Both the position numbers and the translations under genes were made by a program. From an uncultured delta proteobacterium (GTDB lineage: Bacteria > Desulfobacterota > RBG-13-43-22), in NCBI GenBank assembly GCA_963716045.1, contig CAVQSS010000025.1:772-64771 (forward strand): a stretch of 64,000 bases of DNA. The letters run 5' to 3'. The notes under the pieces were generated by a model. The model was not told the origin of the DNA. It was given only the letters and a program-made list of their open reading frames with translations, and did not search any database. Below, in pieces: positions 54,812 to 63,449 of this stretch. Each line of letters starts with the position of its first letter. Position 1 is the stretch's first letter.

Positions 54812-54848
54812 ACATGAGATTCCGGCTATAATAAGTATTGAGTTTAAA

Positions 54849-55100
54849 ACGAAAGGCCGCATTGGTTTTGGTCAATTCCTCATAGACCAGACATTCGCCG
54901 AAGGTCCCCAGATCCAATCCCCCATATTCCTCCGGGATGGAAAGGCCGAACAGCCCTAATTCCCGCATCTTTTGGACGACCCCTTCCGGGATGTGATCCT
55001 CGTCCTCCACTTGCTGGGAAAGGGGTCCCAGGTCCTGATTTACGAAGCGGCGGATCGTTTCCTGCATCAGGCGCAGGCTTTCCGGGATCTCATAGTCCAC
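54849..55100 (-). pseudogene. 5' remnant (~84 aa) of an acyl-CoA dehydrogenase gene
   Basis: MDYEIPESLRLMQETIRRFVNQDLGPLSQQVEDEDHIPEGVVQKMRELGLFGLSIPEEYGGLDLG... is an ACAD N-domain. Homology stops at ~54849 and the ORF then runs as junk into the AOR-ADH 3' end. Confidence 0.7.
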
Positions 55101-55130
55101 ATCGCTCTCCTTCCTTCAAAACTTCCCAAA

Positions 55131-55379
55131 CTGTCACCTTGAGCCCTCGCCGGACTGTCACCCTGAACCCTTCGCCTGTCACCCTGAGCCCTTGGCCTGT
55201 CACCCTGAGCCCTTCGCCTGTCACCCTGAGCGAAGCGAAGGGTCTGGGTCTTTGGCTCAGGATAAACTCCGCGAAGGTCTCGTCTTCCGGTCCAGGGTAA
55301 ATTCCCCGAAGGATCTGGGGATCTGTTGAAAAAACGAGATTCTTCGTCCCGCGCTATCGCGGGACTCAGAATGACAAGC
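55131..55379. repeat. Family-2 composite repeat with five tandem ~21-nt units
   Basis: CTGTCACCYTGARCCCTTSGC x5 (55131-55238), then GAGCGAAGCGAAGGGTCT, GGCTCAGGATAAACTCCGCGAAGGTCTCGTCTTCC, and an inverted terminal arm ...GAGATTCTTCGTCCC...CTCAGAATGACAAG. Confidence 0.85.
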
Positions 55380-55447
55380 ACTCTCTGGTGGACTTTTTGC
55401 GAGTCTATCAAGTGTTCCCAAAGCTTGCACTAAACACCAAGCCGGGA

Positions 55448-57031
55448 TCAAGGCCGCATCCCCCGTTTTTTCGGTCCCAACTGGCTGGGCAGCAGGCGGT
55501 AGGCATTTTCAACCCATTCGCAGAGAAGGGGCCGGGTATCGCGGGGGTCGATGATCTCCTCGATTCCAAACCGTTCGGCCGTCAGGAAGGGGGAGGTGAA
55601 TTTGGACAAACGCTGCTCGATCTCTTGGCGCAAGGCCTGGGGATCTTCGGAGGCTTCAATTTGGCGGCGGTAGGCGGCCTGCACGCCTCCTTCGATAGGG
55701 AGGGATCCCCATTCCCCGGAAGGCCAGGCGTAGCGCAGGTTCAGTCGGGAGTGGTTCCCGTGGGCCGCACCGGCCACGCCGTAGACCCGCCGCAGGATGA
55801 CGGAACACCAGGGGACCGTGGCCTGGTAGACGGCGAAGATGTAGCGGGCACCGAAGCGGATGGTACCCTGTTTCTCGGCCTCCACGCCGATCATAAAACC
55901 CGGGTTGTCGACAAAATTGACCACCGGCAAATGGAACGTGTCGCAGAGATCGATAAAGCGGGTCAGTTTGTCGGCCCCCTGGGCGGTAATGGCGCCGCCG
56001 AAAAAATTGGAATCGTGGGCGAAAACCCCCACCGGACGACCGGACAGCCGCGCCAGGCCGGTGACCACCGAGCGCCCATGTTGGGCCCCGATTTCAAAAA
56101 ATGACCCCTGATCCAGGACCAGTGAGAGGATACGGCGCACCGGATAAGGACGGCGTTTGTTTTTAGGAATGATGCGGACCAGTTCCTCCTCGCGGCGGTC
56201 GGCCGGGTCGGCAGTCTCTTTGACCGGGGGAAGTTCATAAACCGAATCGGGCAGGTAGGAGAGAAAACGGCGGATGTGATCAAAGGCTTCTTCCTCGGAG
56301 CCCACCTCATTGTCCACGGCGCCGAAACCACCGGTCTGAATTTGGGACCCGCCAAGTTCCTCCTTGCCCACCTTCCGATTCAGGGCCGGTTCCACCACCG
56401 GAGGACCGGCCACAAAGAGCTGGGCCGTTTTCCGGGGCATGACCGAGAAATGGGAAAAGACCACTCGGGCCGCACCCAGGCCGGCCACCGATCCGAGGGC
56501 GGCGCTCACCACCGGTACGGTGGAAAGCAGCGCGGCCATGGTGTCCATGCCCGGGTTGTAGGGCACATAGGTGCGATCCATCTGCTCCAGAAATTTGACG
56601 CTTCCGCCTCCTCCGGTACCGTCCACCAGCCGGACTATGGGCAAACGAAGCTCCAGGGCCATCCGTTCGGCATAGGCCGCCTTCTGCCCGATGGCGGCAT
56701 CGGCTGCCCCGCCGCGGATGGTGAAGTCGTCGGCCCCCACCACCACCCGACGCCGATCGATCCGGCCGGTCCCCAGGATAAAATTGGAAGGGAATAATTG
56801 AACCAGGCGGTCGTCGTCAAAGGTAGGGATCCCGGTGATGGCCCCGGTTTCGTGGAAGCTGCCCTTATCGAGCAAATGATCGATCCGCTCCCGGACGTTC
56901 AGACGGCCGGCCGCCCTATGGCGGGCCAGGTTTTCCTCTCCCCCCATCTGGGCCGCCAGGCTTTCCCGGAGGCGCAGTTCCTCTACCTCCGGCAACCAGC
57001 CCGGGTCCAGGTCGGTTTTTTCTTTATCCAT
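55448..57031 (-). CDS. Acyl-CoA carboxyltransferase (PccB/MmdA/GcdA family)
   Basis: ATG 57031. GRLNVRERIDHLLDKGSF, RLVDGTGGGGS, FFGGAITAQGADKLTRFIDLCDTFHLPVVNFVDNPGF. Confidence 0.85.
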   Translation of the reverse strand: MDKEKTDLDPGWLPEVEELRLRESLAAQMGGEENLARHRAAGRLNVRERIDHLLDKGSFHETGAITGIPTFDDDRLVQLFPSNFILGTGRIDRRRVVVGADDFTIRGGAADAAIGQKAAYAERMALELRLPIVRLVDGTGGGGSVKFLEQMDRTYVPYNPGMDTMAALLSTVPVVSAALGSVAGLGAARVVFSHFSVMPRKTAQLFVAGPPVVEPALNRKVGKEELGGSQIQTGGFGAVDNEVGSEEEAFDHIRRFLSYLPDSVYELPPVKETADPADRREEELVRIIPKNKRRPYPVRRILSLVLDQGSFFEIGAQHGRSVVTGLARLSGRPVGVFAHDSNFFGGAITAQGADKLTRFIDLCDTFHLPVVNFVDNPGFMIGVEAEKQGTIRFGARYIFAVYQATVPWCSVILRRVYGVAGAAHGNHSRLNLRYAWPSGEWGSLPIEGGVQAAYRRQIEASEDPQALRQEIEQRLSKFTSPFLTAERFGIEEIIDPRDTRPLLCEWVENAYRLLPSQLGPKKRGMRP

Positions 57032-57181
57032 ATTGAAATCCTTAAATTCGAAACAATCCCTCTTCTCTGAGCGTCCAGTTCGTGGTCCCAATTGAGACTA
57101 ACATCGGGCCTCACCAACCATCTATTAACCACTGGAGTCTGTTTTGCCCGCGCGCGAGATCAAAGGAGGGGTAGTTATTTT

Positions 57182-57246
57182 GATCATTTGGATTTTGGTG
57201 ATTTGAATTTGTTTCGGATTTTGGATTTCGAGTTTCGAATTTTGAA
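57182..57246. repeat. Family-1 element, copy C (single arm)
   Basis: GATCATTTGGATTTTGGTGATTTGAATTTGTTTCGGATTTTGGATTTCGAGTTTCGAATTTTG. No partner arm nearby. Confidence 0.8.
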
Positions 57247-57275
57247 AAAACGGTCATAAGAAGAAAGAGCCTCGG

Positions 57276-58394
57276 TTACCGCCCCGTCTCCTGGTGATAA
57301 ACGCAATGCAATGTCTCCCCTTTCAGCAGGGCCTCGAAGCATTTGTTGCAGGAGATGCAGGTAGCCCGGTGTCGATCGCCCTGCTGCCAGTCCCGGATAA
57401 GTGCCGGTTCTTTGATCAGCGGGCGGCTGAGGGAGATCAGATCGGCTTCACCGTTCTGGATGACTTCCTCCATGAGCGCCGGCGTCCGCAATCCGCCGAC
57501 CATCATGACCGGGATCGTTACCTCCGGCTTTATTTCCCGGCACCAGGATCTGAAGTAGGCCTCGCGGTCCAGCCGGTTGACGCGGGTCTTGAATTCGGCA
57601 TTTTCGTATCCCGGACCCCTTAAACCGGAGCTGATCTCCAGGGCATCATAACCCCACTGAGCCAGGCGTTGGGCGGCTTGTTTCCCCTCACTAAATTCGA
57701 ATCCCCCAGGAAATCCGTCCTGGACCCCGATCTTTATCATTACCGGATATTCCTCCCCCACTTTCGACTGAATGGACCGGAAAATTTCATGATGGAGGCG
57801 AAGCCGGTTTTCGAGCGTACCTCCCCAGGCGTCGATCCGGCGGTTGGTGAAGGGAGATAGAAACTGGCTCAGCAGATAGGCGTGGGCCCCGTGGACCTGA
57901 ACCGCGTCCAGTCCGGCTTCTTTGGCCCGACCGGCGGCCTCGCCAAAGTCTCGAATCACTTGTTGGATTTCCGTCTCGGTGATCTCCCGATGAGGGTACT
58001 GGAAAAAAGTGTCATCCGGGACATAGGACGGGGCCAGGGCCTGCTTGCGGTGGGGGTTAAAGGCCTTGGCCGTTTCCCTGCCGGCATGAAACAACTGGAC
58101 GGCAATTTTAGTGCCGTGCTCATGGGCGGTCTCAGCCAGGTTCCGGAAACCGGGAATACAATCGTCGTCGGCCATTGAATTTTGAAAGACGGAAATCTGG
58201 CCGGAAGCGTGCACATAGGCAATACCCAAAATGATCAGGCCCACTCCGCCCTTGGCCAGTTCCTCCACCATCCGGATTTGTCCGGAGGAAACCCGGCCGT
58301 TTTTTTCGGCCATTCCATCATAGGTGGCGGACCGGACGAAGCGGTTCGGGAGGATCAGGTTTTTTATGGAATAAGGTTCAAAGAGAAGGTTCAT
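57276..58394 (-). CDS. Old-Yellow-Enzyme family NADH:flavin oxidoreductase with C-terminal Cys cluster
   Basis: ATG 58394. PNRFVRSATYDGMA, QLFHAGR, HGAHAYLLSQFLSP. C-terminal CISCNKC...C. Confidence 0.85.
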   Translation of the reverse strand: MNLLFEPYSIKNLILPNRFVRSATYDGMAEKNGRVSSGQIRMVEELAKGGVGLIILGIAYVHASGQISVFQNSMADDDCIPGFRNLAETAHEHGTKIAVQLFHAGRETAKAFNPHRKQALAPSYVPDDTFFQYPHREITETEIQQVIRDFGEAAGRAKEAGLDAVQVHGAHAYLLSQFLSPFTNRRIDAWGGTLENRLRLHHEIFRSIQSKVGEEYPVMIKIGVQDGFPGGFEFSEGKQAAQRLAQWGYDALEISSGLRGPGYENAEFKTRVNRLDREAYFRSWCREIKPEVTIPVMMVGGLRTPALMEEVIQNGEADLISLSRPLIKEPALIRDWQQGDRHRATCISCNKCFEALLKGETLHCVYHQETGR

Positions 58395-58468
58395 AGAGGC
58401 CTTTATTCTCGTACTAAACGCCCATGGTCGTCTGAGCCGCCTACGAAGCATGAAAATGGATATCCCAG

Positions 58469-58615
58469 CTTGTCATCCTGAGCCCTTCGCCTTCCTGTCA
58501 TCCTGAGTGAAACGAAGGATCTCGCTTCGGCTCAGGGTAAACTCAGCGAAGGATCTCGTCTTCCAAGCCTACGGTGGATAAGGGGATTCTTCAGTCGCTT
58601 CGCTCCTTCAGACAG
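58469..58615. repeat. Family-2 composite repeat
   Basis: CTTGTCATCCTGAGCCCTTCGCC, CTGTCATCCTGAGTGAAACGAAGGATCTCGCTTCGGCTCAGGGTAAACTCAGCGAAGGATCTCGTCTTCC, and a degenerate inverted arm ending at 58615. Confidence 0.8.
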
Positions 58616-58638
58616 TTCCAGATTATTTTCGTATTAAA

Positions 58639-60087
58639 TTACCTTATTCCCAATAAGTGCTCGACCTGGCTGATCTTGCCATCCAGATCGGCCTGACGGC
58701 CGATCATGATCCGCTGGGCCATGGGCGGGCCGGCCCCGTGCATGGACTCGATGAGGTAGCCCACCGCCCCGGCGCCGGCCACCAGGTTTTCGATCAGGCG
58801 CAGCACCTTCATGCGATCAACCACCCGGCTGTCCGGGGAGGCGGCCAGGTATTTTTGAATGTACGGTCCGGTGACCGGGTCCTCCAGGTCGGCGGCCGAA
58901 GGCATGGTGCCCAACAGGCCGCCGGCAATGTCCGTGGCCAGCCGGGCCAGCTCAAAGGGAAAACGGGTGACATTCAGCTTGCAGACGTTGGCCAGCAGCA
59001 GATTCACCTGGTAATTCCCGGCCGGGGTCTTCTCCCCGGTGGCGGAACAGGCCAGCCCGCAGGCATAGATCGTTTCGTTGAGATGGATCATCTCCACGAT
59101 TTTGTCCTTAATGTGGCCGGCCTCGGCCACGCCGTTCATCCGGGCGATCAAGGCCGCGGCCCCGATGAGGACGTCGCCCACTCCGACCTTGCAGCCGCCG
59201 TAGCTCTGCCGGTGGTAGGAGGCGAACCGCTCGACCAGGATCCCGGAGAAATCAACTTCCCCGTTCAGGAAAAGACGTTCGTTGGGGATAAACACATCCT
59301 CAAAAACGGTCATCACTTCCTGTCCGCCATAGGTGGGGTTGCCCTTGTCCAGTGGAAAGGCTTCCAGTTTCCGGGTGTCGCTGCTCTGCCGGCCGTAGAT
59401 GTGCCTGACGCCCTCGGCATTGGTGGGAACCGCGCAGCAGACCGCCCAGTCCTCTTCCCCCTTCCTCATGGTCAGGGTGGGCATGACCAGTATCTCGTGG
59501 GAGTTGAGCATGCCGGTCTGATGAAGCTTGGCCCCGCTGATCACCACGCCCCCCGGCCGGCGTTCCTTGACCCGCAGATACAGGTCGGGGTCCTTTTGGT
59601 CTTTGGGGCGCTTCCCTCGATCCCCTTTGGGATCGGTCATGGCCCCGTCCACCAGGAGGTCCTGCTGCTGTATCCATTTCCAGTATTCCCTGAACCGCTG
59701 GTGATAGGAAGTCTCCTGTTTCCGGTCGCAGTCAAAGGTGGTGCTGAAGATGGCATTGGCCGCGTCCAGCCCGACGCAGCGCTGGAAGCAGCACGCGGTC
59801 TGGACGCCGCAATAGCGCTGCATGTTGACCTTGTTGATCAGATCCTCCCGGCTTTGATGAAGGTGGGTGAAGCGATTGACCGGTTCATTCGTCAGGTTCG
59901 ATTCCACGCAGAACAAATCCCGGGTTTCCGGGTTGCAGGCGCAGTCATAGGTGAAGGCCACCGCCTGCCGGGAGGGTTGGACCAGACCGTGTTCAGGCAG
60001 GTCGCCGGTCTTTTGTCCCAGGATGTGGGCCTCTAAGCCATAGGATTCAATCGAATCGAGGTATTCCGCTCCTGTTTTCAAGGCCAT
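58639..60087 (-). CDS. 4-hydroxybutyryl-CoA dehydratase / vinylacetyl-CoA isomerase (AbfD) family protein
   Basis: 482 aa. MALKTGAEYLDSI start. TACCFQRCVG cluster motif. HpaB/AbfD-like body. Confidence 0.8.
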   Translation of the reverse strand: MALKTGAEYLDSIESYGLEAHILGQKTGDLPEHGLVQPSRQAVAFTYDCACNPETRDLFCVESNLTNEPVNRFTHLHQSREDLINKVNMQRYCGVQTACCFQRCVGLDAANAIFSTTFDCDRKQETSYHQRFREYWKWIQQQDLLVDGAMTDPKGDRGKRPKDQKDPDLYLRVKERRPGGVVISGAKLHQTGMLNSHEILVMPTLTMRKGEEDWAVCCAVPTNAEGVRHIYGRQSSDTRKLEAFPLDKGNPTYGGQEVMTVFEDVFIPNERLFLNGEVDFSGILVERFASYHRQSYGGCKVGVGDVLIGAAALIARMNGVAEAGHIKDKIVEMIHLNETIYACGLACSATGEKTPAGNYQVNLLLANVCKLNVTRFPFELARLATDIAGGLLGTMPSAADLEDPVTGPYIQKYLAASPDSRVVDRMKVLRLIENLVAGAGAVGYLIESMHGAGPPMAQRIMIGRQADLDGKISQVEHLLGIR

Positions 60088-60187
60088 GGCATTTTCCCTT
60101 TCCAGCTAAGCGTTACGAGATGTTTCTTGGATTTCGTACAAAACTCCCGGGCCCCCGGCACCCGCGAAGCCTGAAAATATCGCCATC

Positions 60188-60416
60188 GTGTCACCCTGAG
60201 ACCTGCGCCGGCTTGTCATTATGAGCCCTTCGCCTCCTGTCATCCTGAACGAAGTGAAGGATCTCGTCTTTCAGCTCAGGATAAACTCCGCGAAGGGTTC
60301 CGGTTTTTATCGCATGGCGAACTTCTGGGTTTCGTCATCCGTTGACCGGACAGGAAGCTGAACTTGTTGAAAGACGAGATCCTTCGTTCCCTTCGGTCTC
60401 TCAGGATGACAGGAAG
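60188..60416. repeat. Family-2 composite repeat (complete, inverted ends)
   Basis: GTGTCACCCTGAG..., TTGTCATTATGAGCCCTTCGCC, CTGTCATCCTGAACGAAGTGAAGGATCTCGTCTTTCAGCTCAGGATAAACTCCGCGAAGGG ... inverted GAAAGACGAGATCCTTCG...CTCAGGATGACAGGAAG. Confidence 0.85.
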
Positions 60417-60516
60417 AAGTAACTTGCTGAGCATAGGTATTTCATAAATAGCTTTTTTTGTTCTTATTAGGCATCTGTTTATGCCGGCAACCAGTAACCT
60501 GCAACCGGCAACGCCT

Positions 60517-62301
60517 CTAAAACCCCCCATCCGGCATTTCCACCACTTCCCGGCCGGCCCGCAGGCAGGTCTCCATCCGGGCCAGAGTCAAAGGCAGGGT
60601 TGTTCCGGTGAAGTAAGTGGCTTGAAGTACCTTGCCGGAGAGAAAATCATTGCCGCTCCCGGCTTCTATCCGTTCATGAGCGATGACCGCCAGATCCAGC
60701 AGCCGCCAGACCATAGTGATATCGCCGAAGCACAGCAGTGCCGGGTAGGTATAGGACGCCCACTGCAGGGGGTCCGATTTCATTTTTTCAGACAGGGTCC
60801 GGGCCATGGTTTCCAATCGGTCGACGGCCTCGGACAGGGCCCGGATTTCCGGCCCCAACCGGGGTTGATCGGCCTGTTTTCGGCAGAAGGTCTGAATCTC
60901 GGCCAGGTACGAATTAAAGAGTGCCCCGCCGTTCAGCCGCATTTTTCTTCCCAGCAGGTCGATGGACTGGATGCCGTTGGTGCCTTCATAGAGGGACATG
61001 ATCTTCGAATCGCGCAGGTATTGCTCCAGGGGGTATTCCCGGCAGAACCCGTACCCGCCCAGGCACTGGATGGCCGTTTCGCAGACCTTAAAACCCATGT
61101 CCGAACAATAGGCCTTGATGATCGGAGTCAGGAAATCGACCAGGGACTGGTAGTGGTTTTTCTCTTCTCCCGGGGGCAGCTCCAGGGCCAGTTCCGACCA
61201 GAAGGCCCCGGTATAAATCATGGAACGCATCCCGTCCACCGTGGCCTTCATCCAGAGCAGCATACGCCGAACATCGGGGTGATCGATGATCGGGACATAG
61301 CCGGGTTTCCGGCCGGCCTGGTCCGAGCCCTGGATCCGCTCTTTGGCATAGGCCAGGGCGTTGAGATAGGCGGTACCGGCCAGGGTCATGCCGCTGACCC
61401 CGGTATTGATGCGAGCGGCATTCATCATCTGGAACATATGGGCCAGGCCGCTGTTGGCTTCGCCGCACAGGTAGCCAATACAGCCGTCCTGGTCCCCGAA
61501 ATTCAGCAGACAAGTGGGGGAGGCGTGGAGTCCCAGTTTCTTTTCCACCCCGCCGCAGCGCACGTCGTTGGGTTCCCCCAGGCTGCCGTCCGGATTGATC
61601 CGGATCTTAGGCACTACGAAGAGGGATATGCCCTTGACGCCCTCGGGTGCCCCCTCGATGCGGGCCAATAACAGGTGGATGATATTTTCGGCCAGATCGT
61701 GATCGCCCCAGGAAATGAAGATCTTGGAACCCTTGATCCGGTAGTGGTCTCCTTCCGGGTCGGCGCTGGTCCGGATGGCGGCCAGGTTGGAACCGGCCTG
61801 GGGCTCGGTGAGGGCCATAGTCCCGGCCCATTGCCCGCTGAACATGTTGGGGATGAAACGTTCCTTGAGTTCACGGGTCCCGAAGCTTTCGATCAGATGG
61901 GCCGCCCCGTGGGTCAGGCTGGGGGCCATGTTAAAGGCTTGGCAGGCCCCGTACATCAGGTCATTGATGACGATGCGCATCATATGGGGGAAACCCTGGC
62001 CGCCGTATTCCGGGTCCCGGGCCGCGGAGGTCCAGCCGTTTTCGCCGTAAAGCCGAAAGGCCGCTTGGAACTCGGGGGCGCAGCGGACCTCGCCGTTATC
62101 CAGGACCACCCCCCATTTTTCCCCGATCTCCTGGAGGGGAGCGATCTCCGTCCGGGCAAATTTCATGGCCTCTTTGACCAGCAGGTCCAGGGTTTCCTCG
62201 TCGAGTTCCCGGTAGCGGTCCAGCTTACAAAGGCTTCCGTAATTCAATTGATTTTTTAAAATAAAAAATAGGTCGTCTTCGTTTACTTTAAAATGAGACA
62301 T
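60517..62301 (-). CDS. Acyl-CoA dehydrogenase (long form, 594 aa)
   Basis: GGQGFP, GTMALTEPQAGSNLAAIRTSA, KIFISWGDHD. C-terminal extension domain. Confidence 0.85.
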   Translation of the reverse strand: MSHFKVNEDDLFFILKNQLNYGSLCKLDRYRELDEETLDLLVKEAMKFARTEIAPLQEIGEKWGVVLDNGEVRCAPEFQAAFRLYGENGWTSAARDPEYGGQGFPHMMRIVINDLMYGACQAFNMAPSLTHGAAHLIESFGTRELKERFIPNMFSGQWAGTMALTEPQAGSNLAAIRTSADPEGDHYRIKGSKIFISWGDHDLAENIIHLLLARIEGAPEGVKGISLFVVPKIRINPDGSLGEPNDVRCGGVEKKLGLHASPTCLLNFGDQDGCIGYLCGEANSGLAHMFQMMNAARINTGVSGMTLAGTAYLNALAYAKERIQGSDQAGRKPGYVPIIDHPDVRRMLLWMKATVDGMRSMIYTGAFWSELALELPPGEEKNHYQSLVDFLTPIIKAYCSDMGFKVCETAIQCLGGYGFCREYPLEQYLRDSKIMSLYEGTNGIQSIDLLGRKMRLNGGALFNSYLAEIQTFCRKQADQPRLGPEIRALSEAVDRLETMARTLSEKMKSDPLQWASYTYPALLCFGDITMVWRLLDLAVIAHERIEAGSGNDFLSGKVLQATYFTGTTLPLTLARMETCLRAGREVVEMPDGGF

Positions 62302-62341
62302 GGATAACGTCCTTGATAAAATGATTTATTCGGTTAACCAT

Positions 62342-62546
62342 CAAAATCCGAAACTCGAAATCCGAAATCCGAAACAAATTCAAATGATCTAAATTCGAAA
62401 TTCAAAACGTACCGCCCCTAAATCAACAAGGTCAGTCCAATAGAAAAACTCTACTGTGTGTTTCCTTCAACCCTTGGGGGGAATCCTTTTTCGGTCATTT
62501 GAATTTTGACTATTTGAATTTGTTTCGGATTTCGGATTTCGAATTT
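62342..62546. repeat. Family-1 palindromic element, copy D (best preserved, MITE-like)
   Basis: About 31-nt perfect terminal inverted repeat TCGAAATCCGAAATCCGAAACAAATTCAAAT / ATTTGAATTTGTTTCGGATTTCGGATTTCGA flanking a ~85-nt unique core. Confidence 0.9.
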
Positions 62547-62551
62547 AGCTT

Positions 62552-63301
62552 CTAAAACCCCAGGTAGGTTTTGCGGAGGACCTCGTCTTCGAGGAGTTGG
62601 ACCCCGGAACCCTCGGCGATGATCTTGCCCGAGGAGAGTACGTAGTTGCGGACGGCCATCTGGAAGACGGTGCTGACCTCCTGCTCGACCAGCAAAACGG
62701 TAATCCCCAGGCGGTTGATTTCGGTGATTTTGTCAAAGACCTCCTTGCGCATCAACGGCGCCAGGCCGGTAGAGGGTTCGTCGATGCACAGCAGCTTGGG
62801 TTCGGACATGAGCGCCCGGCCGATGGCCAGCATCTGCTGTTCCCCTCCGGAGAGGGTCCCGGAAATCTGGCCGGAGCGGGTCTTCAGGACCGGGAACATG
62901 GTGTAAATCTTCTCCAAATCTTCCTGGGTTTTCTTCTTATCCTTCTGCAGATAGGCCCCGGCCAGCAGGTTGTCCAGGACGCTCATTTCCCGGAATGGTC
63001 TTCGCCGTTCCGGACACAGCACGAGTCCTCGGCGGACGATTTCATGGGCCGGTACCTGATCGATCCGTTCCCCGTTGAAGGTCACCGAACCTTCCAGAAA
63101 GATGTCCCCGGCCGTGGAGCGGCGCTTGAGTTCTCTTTCCCAAGCCACCAGCCCGGTGATGGCCCGCAGGGTGGTGGATTTGCCGGCCCCGTTGGGACCC
63201 ACCAGGCTGACCAGTTCCCCCGTGTCTACGGACAGGTTCAGGTCATTGATGAGCACGGCCTTTTCATAGCGCACACTCAGATGTTCAACTTCCAGCAGCA
63301 T
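62552..63301 (-). CDS. livF: Branched-chain amino acid ABC transporter ATP-binding protein (LivF type)
   Basis: MLLEVEHLSVRYEK start (alternative start at 63343). Walker A GPNGAGKST, signature LSGGEQQML, Walker B LLCIDEPS. Ends KTYLGF*. Confidence 0.85.
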   Translation of the reverse strand: MLLEVEHLSVRYEKAVLINDLNLSVDTGELVSLVGPNGAGKSTTLRAITGLVAWERELKRRSTAGDIFLEGSVTFNGERIDQVPAHEIVRRGLVLCPERRRPFREMSVLDNLLAGAYLQKDKKKTQEDLEKIYTMFPVLKTRSGQISGTLSGGEQQMLAIGRALMSEPKLLCIDEPSTGLAPLMRKEVFDKITEINRLGITVLLVEQEVSTVFQMAVRNYVLSSGKIIAEGSGVQLLEDEVLRKTYLGF

Positions 63302-63363
63302 GTCTTTTCCCAGTATCCCTTCCAGATTCTTAAACCATGGCATTCAAAAGAGTTATTATTCTA

Positions 63364-63436
63364 CTGGAGTACTGGAGTGATGGAGTACTGATCTTAGAAA
63401 CAATGCTCCATTACTCCAGTACTCCATCACTCCAAG
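63364..63436. repeat. Inverted repeat built from TGGAGTRM octamers (18-bp perfect stem)
   Basis: TGGAGTGATGGAGTACTG (63373-63390) is the exact reverse complement of 63417-63434. Extra octamer copies flank both arms. Lies between livG and livF. Confidence 0.8.
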
Positions 63437-63449
63437 ACACCAAACAAGA

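Noticed and set aside
55131-55238. Possible CRISPR array (regularly spaced ~21-nt repeats)
   Set aside because: The units are contiguous with no spacers and only five copies. The same unit occurs singly in other family-2 loci, and there are no cas genes in the window.
55067-55411. 114-aa minus-strand ORF with AQGDRRR peptide repeats
   Set aside because: It is simply the translation of the 21-nt family-2 tandem DNA repeat. It has no start context and overlaps the ACAD fragment.
58657-60036. 459-aa plus-strand ORF, with similar long ORFs at 60481-61671 (+), 45028-46209 (+), 53300-54862 (-), 37770-38840 (+), 1880-2797 (-), 20255-21154 (+) and 21992-23008 (+)
   Set aside because: All are antisense to genes with clear family signatures. 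Their translations are Gly/Arg/Pro/Ala-rich with no motifs, as expected of open antisense frames in high-GC DNA.
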